NCBI GenBank assembly: GCA_022844165.1
Contig: JALHMH010000019.1
Location: forward strand, 20,740-84,739
Direction: 5' to 3'
DNA: 64,000 nt
Origin: Lysobacterales bacterium
GTDB lineage: Bacteria; Pseudomonadota; Gammaproteobacteria; Xanthomonadales; SZUA-5
Part shown: positions 46,726-58,783 of the stretch, in pieces
Layout: the number at the start of each line of letters is the position of its first letter
Position numbering within the stretch: position 1 is the stretch's first letter
Notes under the pieces: model-generated
The model's input: only the letters and a program-made list of their open reading frames with translations
Databases searched by the model: none
What the model was told of the DNA's origin: nothing
Translations under genes and position numbers: made by a program

Positions 46726-47510
46726 GCACGCGGCTGGCAGTATTTGGTCATCCGATCGCGCATTCGCGATCGCCGCTCATTCACCGGACGTTCGCGGCAC
46801 AAACGGGAATCGATCTGCGTTACGAGCCGATCGATTCGCCGCCCGAACGATTTGTCGAAGACCTGGGCGATTTCGATGGACTCGGCGCCAATGTCACTTT
46901 GCCGTTGAAGGGTTTGGCAGCGATGCAATGCGCACGGTTGAGCGAACGAGCACAGCGTGCCGGTGCGGTGAATACGCTCAAGCGCGAAACCAGCGGGTGG
47001 TACGGCGATAACACCGACGGGGACGGGTTGTGCGACGATCTGCGGCGGCTTGGCATTGAACTACCTGGGGCACTCGTGCTCGTGCTCGGTGCTGGTGGTG
47101 CGACGCGGGGCATTCTTGCCCCGCTGCTGGCGCAGGGCCCGAAGCAGCTGTCAATCGCCAATCGCACGCCGGAAGCCGCGCAACATCTGGCGGCGCAGTT
47201 TGCGGCGCTTGGGCCAGTCGCTGCCGTCGACCTGTGTTGCAGCAACGGCCCCTTTGACGTTGTCATCCATACGAGCGCGGCTTTTCATGCGGCGGGTGAA
47301 TTTGCGTTTCCGCATTCGGTCTTCGAAGACGCGATCGTGGTCGATTTGTCGTACGGAGCAGCGCATGCACCATTGCGCACGTTGGCATTCGCCAACAGGG
47401 CTCGCGCCGTGCACGATGGCCTGGGCATGCTCGTGGCGCAGGCCGCTCGTTCCTTCGAATGCTGGTTCGGCATCCGCCCCGATCCCTGGTCGGTTTACGA
47501 GACTCTGTAG
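46722..47510 (+). CDS. aroE: Shikimate dehydrogenase
   Basis: GHPIAHSRSPLIH, GANVTLPLK, GAVNTL, NTDG, GAGGA, DGLGMLV.QAA. Confidence 0.95.
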   Translation: MSTRLAVFGHPIAHSRSPLIHRTFAAQTGIDLRYEPIDSPPERFVEDLGDFDGLGANVTLPLKGLAAMQCARLSERAQRAGAVNTLKRETSGWYGDNTDGDGLCDDLRRLGIELPGALVLVLGAGGATRGILAPLLAQGPKQLSIANRTPEAAQHLAAQFAALGPVAAVDLCCSNGPFDVVIHTSAAFHAAGEFAFPHSVFEDAIVVDLSYGAAHAPLRTLAFANRARAVHDGLGMLVAQAARSFECWFGIRPDPWSVYETL

Positions 47511-47565
47511 CTCGATCAACTAACCAGCGTATCCTCCGCGCCCTCGAACTTTCGGATGAACATCG

Positions 47566-48333
47566 ATGGTCTTGAACGCGGTGTGCGCTGCGATCACGGG
47601 TGGTGCGTCAGGTTTAGGTTTTGCCGTCGCCGAACGGCTGATCGCCGAAGGCGCGCAGGTCGCGCTGTTAGACGTGCAGGATGACAAGGGTCAGATTGCC
47701 GTCGCGCAACTCGGCGCCCGAGCACGGTTCTTTCGCGCGGATGTGACGAGCGAAGAAGGAATCGTCGAAACGCTGACGGGCGCCCAATCCGCGATGGGCG
47801 GATTGAACGCAGTGATCAACTGCGCTGGCATTTTGGGCGCAGGTCGCGTCATCGGCAAATCCGGGCCGATGGCACTGAGCAACTTCGAAACGACGATTCG
47901 CGTTAACTTGGTCGGCAGCTTCAACGTTGCCAAAGCGGGCGCTCATTTGATGCAGCACAATGCCGCTGGCGTCGATGGCGAACGCGGTATCGTGGTCAAT
48001 ACCGCATCGGTGGCCGCTTTCGAGGGGCAAATTGGTCAGGCGGCGTATTCGGCGAGTAAGGGCGGGGTGGTCGGCATGACGTTGCCGATGGCGCGGGAAC
48101 TGGCACGGTTTGGCGTGCGTGTTGTCACTATCGCACCAGGCATTTTTATGACGCCGATGGCCGGCGGCATGCCGCCAGATGTCAAGGCGTCGCTGGAAGC
48201 GATGGTGCCTTTCCCATCGCGTTTGGGCGAGCCGGCGGAATTCGCCGACGCGGTATGTTTTGCGCTGACCAACCGTTACCTCAACGGCACCACACTGCGC
48301 CTAGATGGCGCAGTCAGGCTACAGCCAAAATGA
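47566..48333 (+). CDS. SDR, 3-hydroxyacyl-CoA dehydrogenase type II-like
   Basis: TGGASGLG, NCAGI, NTASVAAFEGQIGQAAYSASKGGV, RLDGAVR. Confidence 0.9.
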   Translation: MVLNAVCAAITGGASGLGFAVAERLIAEGAQVALLDVQDDKGQIAVAQLGARARFFRADVTSEEGIVETLTGAQSAMGGLNAVINCAGILGAGRVIGKSGPMALSNFETTIRVNLVGSFNVAKAGAHLMQHNAAGVDGERGIVVNTASVAAFEGQIGQAAYSASKGGVVGMTLPMARELARFGVRVVTIAPGIFMTPMAGGMPPDVKASLEAMVPFPSRLGEPAEFADAVCFALTNRYLNGTTLRLDGAVRLQPK

Positions 48334-48427
48334 TCCTGGCCCGTTGGCTAAGGCAGACCAATTGCCGAAAAAGTAAGCAGTATCAATTGTTTGAAAATTC
48401 GAATCAGCGGTTAACTGAGGTTTTTCG

Positions 48428-48994
48428 ATGAAAGCCACCGAAATCAAGCGCGGTACCGTCGTCGAGCATTTGGGCAAGTTCTGGATGGTGCGCGATGTCG
48501 AACGCAGCGCCCCCACCGGGCGCGGCGGCAACACCACATTCCGTTTCTGGCTGTACCAGGTCGGTGCCGAGATCAAACTCGATTTGAGCCTGCGTGCCGA
48601 CGATGAAATGACGGAAGCTGAGCTCAGCAAACGCGATGCGGCGTTTTCGTACATGGACGGCGACAACTATGTCTTCATGGACAACGAGGATTACACCCAG
48701 TACACGCTGTCACCCGCCCTGGTCGGCGAACTGCCACAGTATTCGGTGGATGGCAATTTACCGGATTTGAAGCTGCTCCTGATCGATGGCGAGCCGGTGG
48801 GGCTGCAACTGCCGCAGTCGGTGGAGTTGGAGGTTGTCGACACGGCCCCCTACGTCAAAGGCGCCAGCGCCACCGGTCGCGCCAAACCGGCGAAGTTATC
48901 GACTGGCCTTGAAGTCTCCGTGCCGGAGTACGTCGAAAACGGCACGCGAATTCGCGTCAACACGGAAACCGGCGAATACACGGGCAGAGCGTGA
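48428..48994 (+). CDS. yeiP: Elongation factor P-like protein EfpL (YeiP)
   Basis: EF-P fold with tip loop SAPTGRGG (Arg), KGASATGR.KPA.L.TGL...VPEY. Confidence 0.9.
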   Translation: MKATEIKRGTVVEHLGKFWMVRDVERSAPTGRGGNTTFRFWLYQVGAEIKLDLSLRADDEMTEAELSKRDAAFSYMDGDNYVFMDNEDYTQYTLSPALVGELPQYSVDGNLPDLKLLLIDGEPVGLQLPQSVELEVVDTAPYVKGASATGRAKPAKLSTGLEVSVPEYVENGTRIRVNTETGEYTGRA

Positions 48995-49044
48995 GTGATC
49001 TCGGCGCCGATGGCCATCAGCGCTGTTGCTTTCGCGCGAGCGCT

Positions 49045-49557
49045 TTAAGAACCCGCCAGCCATGCGCGTGCGCGTAGCCAGTCGCGCTGCACAGTTCGGA
49101 CATCGACGTCGAGTGCGGCAGCGGTTGTTGCTGTGTCGAGGCCGGCATATACCCGCAGCTCGAGCATTTTGGCCAATCTGGGATCCGCACGTTCCAGCGC
49201 CTGTAGCCGCTGTTCGAAGTCCAGCCAGGCGTCTGGATCCACGCTGATGGCCTGATCGCCAGCGTCAAGTTCAACTTTTTGCCCGTAGCGCTTCCCGGCA
49301 CTACGAGCGCGGCAATCGTCGATCAACACGTGGCGCATGGTGCGGGCCCACAATGACACCAGGTGCTCGTCGTCTGCAGGTCCACAATCAGCGCCGGCCA
49401 GGCGCAGGTAGGCCTCATTGACCAGAGCCGTGGGCGTCAGCGTTCGCTCCTGGTTGCCTAGTTGCCGTGCGGCGATCCGTTTGATGCGCGCATAGAGCGC
49501 ATCCAGACCCGTCAGCCGGGTTGACCCTTTGTGCGTTGACACTGCGTTTTGCTGCAT
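49045..49557 (-). CDS. ECF sigma factor, STK-associated type
   Basis: LYARIKRIA, TLTPTALVNEAYLRL, MRHVLID..R...A.KR, RTVQRDWLRARAWL; GGAGG RBS. Confidence 0.85.
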   Translation of the reverse strand: MQQNAVSTHKGSTRLTGLDALYARIKRIAARQLGNQERTLTPTALVNEAYLRLAGADCGPADDEHLVSLWARTMRHVLIDDCRARSAGKRYGQKVELDAGDQAISVDPDAWLDFEQRLQALERADPRLAKMLELRVYAGLDTATTAAALDVDVRTVQRDWLRARAWLAGS

Positions 49558-49735
49558 GGCGACTCCTCCAGTCCTCGGGTTCTTAAGAAGTCGTCGTCGA
49601 GTTCGCCAGACCGCCACACAGCTGAAGACGAGGCACGAAAGTGCCAGCTGGTTGGCAATCGTTGCGATCGAGTGGCGGGTTACTGCGCGCAATGGCGACT
49701 TAGTGATGACGCGCAATCTCATCCAGGAGTTCAAA

Positions 49736-50644
49736 GTGAAACGTCTGAAAGAAGTGCTGCTATCGATATTCGTGGGTTCGCTTTGGGTCGTCACCGCGGC
49801 GCAAGCGCAAAGTGCGCAGCCCAACCTGAGCGTCACGGAGTTCCACTACACGCAGAGCAGCGCCAGTGCGCTCGATCTTCGTCCCGGGCCATACCTGCTC
49901 GAACTTCGGCGGCAATCCGATGGTAGCCACCTCGGCCGTCTGCGCGGTCCGCGCAACGAATGGGTGGCAGAATCGCTGCAATTCGTCGGTTCGGTGTGTC
50001 CCGGCAGCACGCTCAGTATCGCCCCCCTGGCTGGAGTGCCCTCCAGCAATGGCGTTCGACTGGTACTAAATGCAGGCAATGCGTGCCGTGCAGAAGCTAT
50101 GTTGCCGATTCTGGGTTTGACGTCTATCAACGTGACCCACGGCGAGCCCCAATGTGATCCGATTGAAGAGGTCGCTGGCTTGTTCTCTTCCAACGACGGT
50201 CCGGCGTGCTCGGTAGAGGAAGAACCAGAATTGCCGATTGCAATTGCCAAGCCGGATCTAAAACCCGGGCCGCGCATCACCATCGGCTCGCGTACTTTTT
50301 TATGGCCCGATCGTGTGGTCCTGGATGCCAGCCGCGCAGTTGCCAAGGTCAACGGTCGCTGCATTTTTGATTATGGTTATGAGATCGAGAATCGCGGCCG
50401 CGTGACGTCGACTCCGACCGACGCTAGCCTGCTGCTGGATCAACGACTTGGATTGCAGTTGGATCGGCGTGCCCTGGCTTCCATCAGCCCTGGCGCTATA
50501 CAACGCGTGTCGGGTCAATTCGCTTTGCCGACCGGGCGTTGGTTGATATTGGCGCACGCCGATGCCGACGATCGAGTTGGCGAATGGGCTGGCCGCAACA
50601 ATGTCCGCGCTTTGCGTATCCAGGTAACCGGGGACTGCGGTTAG
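49736..50644 (+). CDS. Secreted protein with C-terminal CARDB/Ig-like domain
   Basis: AGGAG RBS plus GTG, signal peptide ending AQA; C-terminal KPDL...IENRG...ADADDRVGE...NN. Confidence 0.7.
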   Translation: MKRLKEVLLSIFVGSLWVVTAAQAQSAQPNLSVTEFHYTQSSASALDLRPGPYLLELRRQSDGSHLGRLRGPRNEWVAESLQFVGSVCPGSTLSIAPLAGVPSSNGVRLVLNAGNACRAEAMLPILGLTSINVTHGEPQCDPIEEVAGLFSSNDGPACSVEEEPELPIAIAKPDLKPGPRITIGSRTFLWPDRVVLDASRAVAKVNGRCIFDYGYEIENRGRVTSTPTDASLLLDQRLGLQLDRRALASISPGAIQRVSGQFALPTGRWLILAHADADDRVGEWAGRNNVRALRIQVTGDCG

Positions 50645-53361
50645 TCCGTCAACGTCCGGGAGCGGGCGCGCGCTAGCTTTTCGCGCGCCATGCTCGCTTC
50701 CGGACCCAGTGTTTCGAGCAACGCTGCGGCGCGCGCGAAGGCCTCGCGAGCAGCGTCCGGCGACGCCCGGCGCAACCAAATCTCGCCGAGGACACGTTCG
50801 GCTTCGGCGTGCTCAAGTTGCGCATTCGGCAGAAGCGTAAAGCCGGCCAAGGCGGCAGTAATCGATTCTAACGCAGCCGCCTGATCGCCTGATTTTAACA
50901 AGCACTCGGCTTGCCAGCGTAGCGCTTCCGCGCGCCGCCCGTCGCGTTCCTCACTCACCAGTTCTCGCCAATGGTCGAGCGCCTCGCGACAACCACCGAG
51001 AGTGAACTCGGCTCTTGTGAGGTTCTTGAGAATAGGAAACCGCCAATAGCGACTCGATTCGGGCAACGCCGCGATCCCTGCGGCAAAGCTTCGTGCAGCA
51101 TCCTGTGTCAGCCCCTGTGCAAGTTGCGAACGGCCCAGGGCGTTCCAAACCGTGGCCACCCGCTGGTGTACTTCGCCATGGGTTTTCTGCTGAATCGCCA
51201 ATGCTCGCTGCTGTGCAGCCTGAGCATCCACGGCGCGGCCCATCTCAAGCAGCAGGTTGCCGTAATTGCTGAGCACTATGCCAACGTAGGGATGATGGCT
51301 GCCGCGGCTTTGTGTCAGACCTGCGATAGCCACCTCGAACAGGTCTTTCGCAGCGTCTAAACGTCCCTGGGCGCGCAACAAACTGGCCAGGTCGGCGCGC
51401 ACCTCCGCCAGTCGCGGGTGACTCGGTGGCAGATCGGTTTCCATCAGAGCCAGTGCTTCGCGGAGTAGCTCTTCGGCGCCCGGCAGATCGTCCTCGCCGC
51501 GTACGATCGACGCCAGCTGAATCAGGCTTTCGGCCACGTCGGGATGGCGCGCTGGCAATGATTGGCGCCGCAGATCGAGCGCATTTTGCGCCAGCGACAA
51601 CGCCTCTGGCCATTGATCCTGTCGCGTTTTCAATCCCGACAGCAGATACATCGTGGACGCCTGGTCCACTGCACTGCTATGGACGGCAAAGATATCGAGG
51701 GCACGACGCAGGTGGTCCTCGGCAGTGGTCAGTTGCCCATTGAGCGACAGCACGCGGCCGAGGCTGCGATCGATTCTTGCAGCTAACAATGATCGATTCA
51801 TGTTCTCGTGCAGCAACGTCTGAGCGCGTTCCAGCAGTTCGCGCGCTTGTTTGTAGTCGCCCAGCGCGAAGTACACGTCGGCCACCGTCAACAGCAGTTC
51901 AGCGCGCACGTCCGGCTGCGAGGTGAGTTCGCGGTCGATGTCGCCAAAGCTGCGTTCCAGCAGTTGACTGACACTCAACGGCTTGCCGCCGCTGACATCG
52001 GGGTCGATGCCGGAGAACAGGCGTTGCACCAGGCTCTGAACCTGACGCGCCTTGTCAGCCTCGGCGCGCGCCCGATCACGCTCGCGCTCTAATGCGGCCG
52101 ATTGCGTCAGCAGGGTGGCGACATAGCCGATAACGAACAGCGTCGTCGTCAACGCAAAGCCGATACCCACTGGATGGCGGCGGAGGAAACGTCGGCTGCG
52201 ATAGGCCAGCGAGTCCGGTTTGGCCAACAACGGCAGCCCGGCGCGTGAGCGCTCAAGATCGGCGATCAGCGCATCGACACTCGGGTAGCGCCGGTCGATA
52301 TTCTTTTCGATGGCCTTGGCGACTATCAGCTCCAGATCGCCGCGCAACAATCGACGCAGCGCGGTCGGCGATGAACTGCGTTGTGCGGCCAGTTGCCCCA
52401 TGCCGATTTCCGCGCGTTGCGACATCGGCGCCGGATGTGAATCGACAATGGCCCGCTCAATCTCCGCGGGGCTGCCGGCCTTGACCGGTTGGGCGCGACA
52501 ACCGCACAACAGCTCGTACAACAAGATCCCCAGCTGATACACATCGCTTGCGGTGCCGACAGACTCGCCGCGCGCTTGTTCCGGAGATGCGTATTCCGGC
52601 GTGAACATACGTTGCTCAAGGCGCGTGGCCATCGGATCGCCGCCATCGTCGTCGAGCACTTTGGCGATACCAAAATCGAGCAGTTTCACGCACCCGTCGT
52701 TGCGCACCAGGATGTTCGCCGGTTTCAGGTCGCGATGAACGATCAGCACACGATGGGCATGCGCGACGGCACGGGCGACTTCGATGAAGGTATCGATGCG
52801 CGAAGACAGGTTCAGGCACTGCCGATCGCAGTAACGATCGATGCGTTCACCTTCTACGTACTCCATCACGAGGTAATGGCGAATGCCGTCGAAACCACCG
52901 TCAAGCAGGCCGGCAATGCTGGGATGGTTGAGCCGCGCCAGAATCTGGCGTTCCTGCACGAAACGTCGCGCAAAGTCGCCGTCGCCATATCCAACGCGGA
53001 TCATCTTCAGCGCGCCGACTTGAGCGAACCCGGCATCGTCTCGCACAACTCTGTAGACCTCGCCCATGCCGCCGGTGCCAAGCGGTTCGAGCACGCGCCA
53101 TGCGCCGATGCGGTCAGGTGGCGTACCGCCCGGCGCATCGATCCACGCGTCCAACATCGCGGCTGCGGCGGCCGCGTTGAGTTCCAAAGGATCGGTGGCA
53201 GCGTCGGCATAGCGCAGTAGTTCTGCTACCTCGGCGCGCAGTTCCACTTCAGCAATGCCGTCGAGAAAGTTCCTGCGCTCGGCAGGCTTCAGGTCGAGCG
53301 CTGCATCCAACAGTGCATCCACCTCAGCGCGACGATCGATGGGCACGGTCACGCTCGGCAT
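50641..53361 (-). CDS. Membrane Hanks-type Ser/Thr kinase with C-terminal TPR repeats
   Basis: GTGGMGEVY, ALK, HRDLKPAN, DFGIAK, TPEYASPEQ; TM; repeated HPxVA TPRs. Confidence 0.93.
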   Translation of the reverse strand: MPSVTVPIDRRAEVDALLDAALDLKPAERRNFLDGIAEVELRAEVAELLRYADAATDPLELNAAAAAAMLDAWIDAPGGTPPDRIGAWRVLEPLGTGGMGEVYRVVRDDAGFAQVGALKMIRVGYGDGDFARRFVQERQILARLNHPSIAGLLDGGFDGIRHYLVMEYVEGERIDRYCDRQCLNLSSRIDTFIEVARAVAHAHRVLIVHRDLKPANILVRNDGCVKLLDFGIAKVLDDDGGDPMATRLEQRMFTPEYASPEQARGESVGTASDVYQLGILLYELLCGCRAQPVKAGSPAEIERAIVDSHPAPMSQRAEIGMGQLAAQRSSSPTALRRLLRGDLELIVAKAIEKNIDRRYPSVDALIADLERSRAGLPLLAKPDSLAYRSRRFLRRHPVGIGFALTTTLFVIGYVATLLTQSAALERERDRARAEADKARQVQSLVQRLFSGIDPDVSGGKPLSVSQLLERSFGDIDRELTSQPDVRAELLLTVADVYFALGDYKQARELLERAQTLLHENMNRSLLAARIDRSLGRVLSLNGQLTTAEDHLRRALDIFAVHSSAVDQASTMYLLSGLKTRQDQWPEALSLAQNALDLRRQSLPARHPDVAESLIQLASIVRGEDDLPGAEELLREALALMETDLPPSHPRLAEVRADLASLLRAQGRLDAAKDLFEVAIAGLTQSRGSHHPYVGIVLSNYGNLLLEMGRAVDAQAAQQRALAIQQKTHGEVHQRVATVWNALGRSQLAQGLTQDAARSFAAGIAALPESSRYWRFPILKNLTRAEFTLGGCREALDHWRELVSEERDGRRAEALRWQAECLLKSGDQAAALESITAALAGFTLLPNAQLEHAEAERVLGEIWLRRASPDAAREAFARAAALLETLGPEASMAREKLARARSRTLTD

Positions 53362-53419
53362 GCTGCGGTTGTTGCCATTCGGCGGCGCGCGCAGCGACAG
53401 GCAATATCCGCAGATACGC

Positions 53420-53998
53420 TCATGGCCCGGGCGCGCTGAATGCCTTCGCCAACCACGCGCGCGCGCGCAACCAGTCGCGCTGTACGGTGCGCAGTGATGT
53501 GTTCAGTGCCGCGGCCGTTTCTTCTTCGCTTAAGCCGCCGAAATAGCGGCATTCGACGACTTGCGCCAGGCGTTCGTTGAATTCGCGAAGCCGATCGAGC
53601 GCCAGATCGACCGCAAGCACGTCCTCGGTACTACTGGACACGGCGACCTCAGGCGTCAATTCAATCTGGACCTCACCGCCGCCGCGTTTGAGGCGCGAAC
53701 GATCGCGCGCGGCGTCCACCAGAATTCGCCGCATCGCGCGCGCGCAGATCGCGAAGAAGTGCGCTCTATTTTGCCACTCGACGCCCGTCTCTTCGACCAG
53801 TTGCATATACGCTTCCTGCAACAGTGCCGTGGTCGACATGGTCTCGCTCAAGGCGCCATCGCGCCGACGTTGGCGACGCGCGATTTCGCGCAGGCGCGCA
53901 TAAACGATGGGAACCAGCGCGTCGAATGCCGCTCGTTCGCCTTCGCCATGGCGCTTAAGCAGTTGCGTGATTTCGTTGTCCCTGGACGTTGCGCTCAT
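53420..53998 (-). CDS. ECF sigma factor, STK-associated type
   Basis: EITQLL, TMSTTALLQEAY, RAHFFAICARAMRRILVD.AR...KRGG, VECRYFGGL, RTVQRDW..ARAWL. Confidence 0.9.
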   Translation of the reverse strand: MSATSRDNEITQLLKRHGEGERAAFDALVPIVYARLREIARRQRRRDGALSETMSTTALLQEAYMQLVEETGVEWQNRAHFFAICARAMRRILVDAARDRSRLKRGGGEVQIELTPEVAVSSSTEDVLAVDLALDRLREFNERLAQVVECRYFGGLSEEETAAALNTSLRTVQRDWLRARAWLAKAFSAPGP

Positions 53999-54098
53999 CA
54001 GCACATGATACGTCGCCGTCGTTTCCTTGGCGGGATCGCTTAACCCAGCCCGGCGATGACTGCGGCCCATGCACTCACATCGGCAACCAGGATTGGGT

Positions 54099-54554
54099 TC
54101 ACGGGTCTGGCAGTGCAATCGCAGTTGCAAACTTCACGGTCCGGTACACGACGTTCGCGGTCGAGCGTCCGACGGCGGGGTCGCTCAGCAATTCGTCCGC
54201 AACCCACTGCTCGTAGGCAGCCAAATCCACGAAGTGCCCGATCAATATGATGTCGACGTCGCCGGTCACCGTATAACACTGAGCGATCTCTGGAGCGGCT
54301 TTCATGCGGCGCTTGAAAGCGTCGTAAGTTGCTGTGCTCTCTTTCTCGAAGCGTATCGATGTGATGACGGTGATGCCAAGTTGCGATGCGTCGAGCAGCG
54401 ATACATCGGCTCTGATGACGCCGATCTCACGCAGTCGCTGCAGGCGCCGTCTCACCGCCGTCGCAGAGAGTCCGACGTGCTCTCCCAGGGTGTCATAGCT
54501 CTGCCGGTTATCTTGCTGCAGCAGCCGAAGAAGTTGACGGTCGAAGCGATCCAT
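54099..54554 (-). CDS. Lrp/AsnC family transcriptional regulator
   Basis: MDRFDRQLL..LQ.D, VGLSATAVRRRL, CYTVTGDVD. Confidence 0.92.
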   Translation of the reverse strand: MDRFDRQLLRLLQQDNRQSYDTLGEHVGLSATAVRRRLQRLREIGVIRADVSLLDASQLGITVITSIRFEKESTATYDAFKRRMKAAPEIAQCYTVTGDVDIILIGHFVDLAAYEQWVADELLSDPAVGRSTANVVYRTVKFATAIALPDP

Positions 54555-54687
54555 GGGCGAAGTAAGCGGATTGCGGCGTCAACGGCGCGTGTAGCGCCGC
54601 AAATCGCACTTGCGACGGCGAATTCCGCCGTCATCGGGCGGCGGTTGCGCCCTAGCCTTACTTGCAGGGTCTTCGACTGGAGTTCGT

Positions 54688-55689
54688 ATGTGCACACACA
54701 GGGTTCCATTGGCTTTCGTCGCGATTTCTATCATCGGTTGGCCGGCACAGGCAGCCGAGCCGCAGCGGTTTGCGCCCGCCGAACTTGAGCAAGACGGTCG
54801 GGTCACGCTGACGCCAGCATTCTCACCAGACGGCAAGGTGATCTTCTTTGCACAATCTGAGTGCACCCCGATTTGGGAATGCCCGCAACGTCTGAAGCGG
54901 TCGCGGCGCACGCCTGATGGGTGGTCGACGCCTCAGTTGGTGGACTTGCCCGCTGAGGGTCGTGTCGACTATCCGAGTGTCTCGCCAGATGGGAAAACAC
55001 TGCTCTTTTCCTGGGCCGCGGCAAGGGACCGGCTGCCCGGCGCCAAAATCGATTCGGATTTCGACATCTATACCCTCGATCTGACCGAGCCAGGCGCGTT
55101 GCCCAGGCCTATCGACGAACCCGATATCAACCGCATTCGCGGCGGAGCCGTTCGGACGCTGCGCTTTGTGCACAACGAGACGGCCCCGCAGCTGACGCGA
55201 AACGGCGACCTCTACTTCTGGACCGAACGCCTTGACGGGCCCGGCGAGCGCGACATTTACGTCGCGCGCGCCGAAGGAGGCGGTTTCGCGACGCCGCAGC
55301 CCTTGCCACCACCAATTAACAGCGCGCAACGCGACACGCTGGGGTGGATTAGTCCCGACGGCGACATCATGCTGCTGACCTACAACACGCGCGCCGGCTT
55401 GGGCGGCGACGACCTGTTTGTGTCTTGGAAACGCAACGGGGTATGGACGGCGCCTGTCAACCTCGGCGCGGAGGTCAACTCGAAGCATGACGACTTTTCG
55501 GCCCGGCTCAGCGCGGATGGCGATACCCTGTTGTTTTCGTCGACACGACCGTTCGAGGGCCAGAGCGCGGGTCTGATTCAGGTGTGGGCCATGCCAGTCG
55601 CCGAAGTGCCGACGCTTCGCAACGTCATTGTCCACGCACCGATCACGCCGGCCGGATCTGAAGTCAGTTCCGCGCAACCCAGGCAATAG
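54688..55689 (+). CDS. Secreted PD40 (TolB-like) beta-propeller protein
   Basis: Signal peptide ending AQA; repeats PAFSPDGK, PSVSPDGK, ISPDG, LSADG; divergent from the Lrp gene. Confidence 0.82.
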   Translation: MCTHRVPLAFVAISIIGWPAQAAEPQRFAPAELEQDGRVTLTPAFSPDGKVIFFAQSECTPIWECPQRLKRSRRTPDGWSTPQLVDLPAEGRVDYPSVSPDGKTLLFSWAAARDRLPGAKIDSDFDIYTLDLTEPGALPRPIDEPDINRIRGGAVRTLRFVHNETAPQLTRNGDLYFWTERLDGPGERDIYVARAEGGGFATPQPLPPPINSAQRDTLGWISPDGDIMLLTYNTRAGLGGDDLFVSWKRNGVWTAPVNLGAEVNSKHDDFSARLSADGDTLLFSSTRPFEGQSAGLIQVWAMPVAEVPTLRNVIVHAPITPAGSEVSSAQPRQ

Positions 55690-55778
55690 CGAGCACGCGC
55701 TCGTTGCCCCATTGCTGATGCGCGGGCACGTGCCCTGCGACAGCGCCGGCCGGTGCTCGGATGCGAGAGCGCGCGGTT

Positions 55779-57227
<1,449 letters not shown>

Positions 57228-57490
57228 CTAAAGCGCGACGCTGTGAGCTTTTCCCCGAGCAGCGCGAGATTTGTCTCACTCGAGGTTTGTTGTTCTGGTT
57301 TCACACGAAGTCACGAAGAAGGAAACCTGCCTCTCTCGATTTCACAAATCCACAACTTGGTGTCTCCGTGCCGATGTGCGAGACGCGGTTGTCTTGGCCT
57401 AGAGTCCTTGACTGAGCTGGATCTTGTCATTTGAGTCAAATTTTCTTAGTAGCGGCTTTGGCTTTTGCAGCCCCTTAAGTGAAGGGGCGC

Positions 57491-57566
57491 GCGAAGCGCG
57501 GGTTGTGGCAAGTACGGTGTCTGGCGAAGCCAACAATGCTCGGCGGTCTGAGGCGAAGCCTCGCTA
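57491..57566 (+). repeat. Dispersed intergenic repeat, copy D
   Basis: Reference copy; preceded by the hairpin CCCCTT-AAGTG-AAGGGG; its terminal CTA is the sucB stop codon. Confidence 0.85.
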
Positions 57567-58769
57567 AAGGTTCAACATCAACCGCACCGGATCTTCCAGG
57601 AAGTTCTTCACCGCGACCAGGAACAACACGGCATCTTTGCCATCGATGATGCGGTGGTCATAGCTCAGCGCGACATACATCATCGGTTTGGCAACCACGA
57701 CGCCATCTTCCACGATGGCGCGCTCTTTGATCGCATGCATACCCAGAATTGCGCTTTGCGGCGGGTTCACGATCGGCGTGGAAAAGAGCGACCCGAATAC
57801 GCCGCCGTTGGTAATCGTAAAGGTGCCGCCCTGCAAATCTTCAAGCTGCAGGCCACCTTCGCGTGCCTGTTTGGCAAAACCGGCAATCGCGCGTTCGATG
57901 TCGGCAAGGGACTGCGAATCGGTGTTGCGCAATACCGGCACCACCAGGCCCTTCTCGGTCGAGACCGCGACGCCAATATCGTGATAGCCGTGATAGACGA
58001 TATCGTTGCCTTCAACGCTGGCGTTGACGATCGGATGAAGCTTGAGCGCTTCGGTGCAGGCTTTGGCAAAAAAGCTCATGAAACCGAGCTTGATGCCGTG
58101 TGCCTTTTCGAAGCTCTCGGCGTATTTCTTGCGGATGTCCATCACCGGTTTCATATTGATCTCGTTGAACGAGGTCAACATCGCGATGGAGTTCTTGCTT
58201 TGCATCATGCGCTCGGCGATGCGTGCGCGCAGGCGCGTCATCGGCACGCGTTGTTCGGCGCGTTGGCCGGGCGCGATACTGATGGCAGTGGATGCGACCG
58301 GCGTCATCGCTGTCGATGTTGCAGCCGGTGCGCTCGGGCCGCGCAACATGTCTTCTTTCGTGACGCGACCTCCGCGACCGGTGCCTTCGACGCTCGCCGG
58401 ATCGAGCCCGGTTTCGGCTGCGATGCGACGCACGCTTGGGGCGTGATCGCCGGACGCGGGCCTGGCAGCAGCAATCGGCGCCGTGGCGGCGGCGGGCGCA
58501 GCGGCAGCAGGCGTTGCGGAGGAGACCGAGGCGCTTTCGTCGATCGTCGCGATCAACTCCTGGCTCTGGACCGATTCGCCGGTTTTCCGGACGATCGAGA
58601 CCAGCACGCCGTCGACGGGTGCCGGCACTTCGAGCACTACTTTGTCGGTTTCCAAGTCAACGAGGTTCTCTTCGCGCTTGACGTGATCGCCGGGGTTTTT
58701 GTGCCAGGTAGCAATCACGGCGTCGGCAACCGACTCGGGCAGCACAGGAACTTTGACTTCAACGGCCAT
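57564..58769 (-). CDS. sucB: 2-oxoglutarate dehydrogenase E2 (dihydrolipoyl succinyltransferase)
   Basis: [14 protein letters not shown], lipoyl [30 protein letters not shown]. Confidence 0.96.
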   Translation of the reverse strand: MAVEVKVPVLPESVADAVIATWHKNPGDHVKREENLVDLETDKVVLEVPAPVDGVLVSIVRKTGESVQSQELIATIDESASVSSATPAAAAPAAATAPIAAARPASGDHAPSVRRIAAETGLDPASVEGTGRGGRVTKEDMLRGPSAPAATSTAMTPVASTAISIAPGQRAEQRVPMTRLRARIAERMMQSKNSIAMLTSFNEINMKPVMDIRKKYAESFEKAHGIKLGFMSFFAKACTEALKLHPIVNASVEGNDIVYHGYHDIGVAVSTEKGLVVPVLRNTDSQSLADIERAIAGFAKQAREGGLQLEDLQGGTFTITNGGVFGSLFSTPIVNPPQSAILGMHAIKERAIVEDGVVVAKPMMYVALSYDHRIIDGKDAVLFLVAVKNFLEDPVRLMLNL

Positions 58770-58783
58770 GGGTCGTCCTTGAG

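Noticed and set aside
48428-48994. EF-P with Arg at the tip as an EarP-rhamnosylated EF-P
   Set aside because: The PTGRGG loop and overall sequence fit EfpL/YeiP; no earP adjacent; ordinary.
49045-55689. Accessory block as a mobile element or prophage
   Set aside because: No integrase, transposase, att-like direct repeats or phage genes visible.
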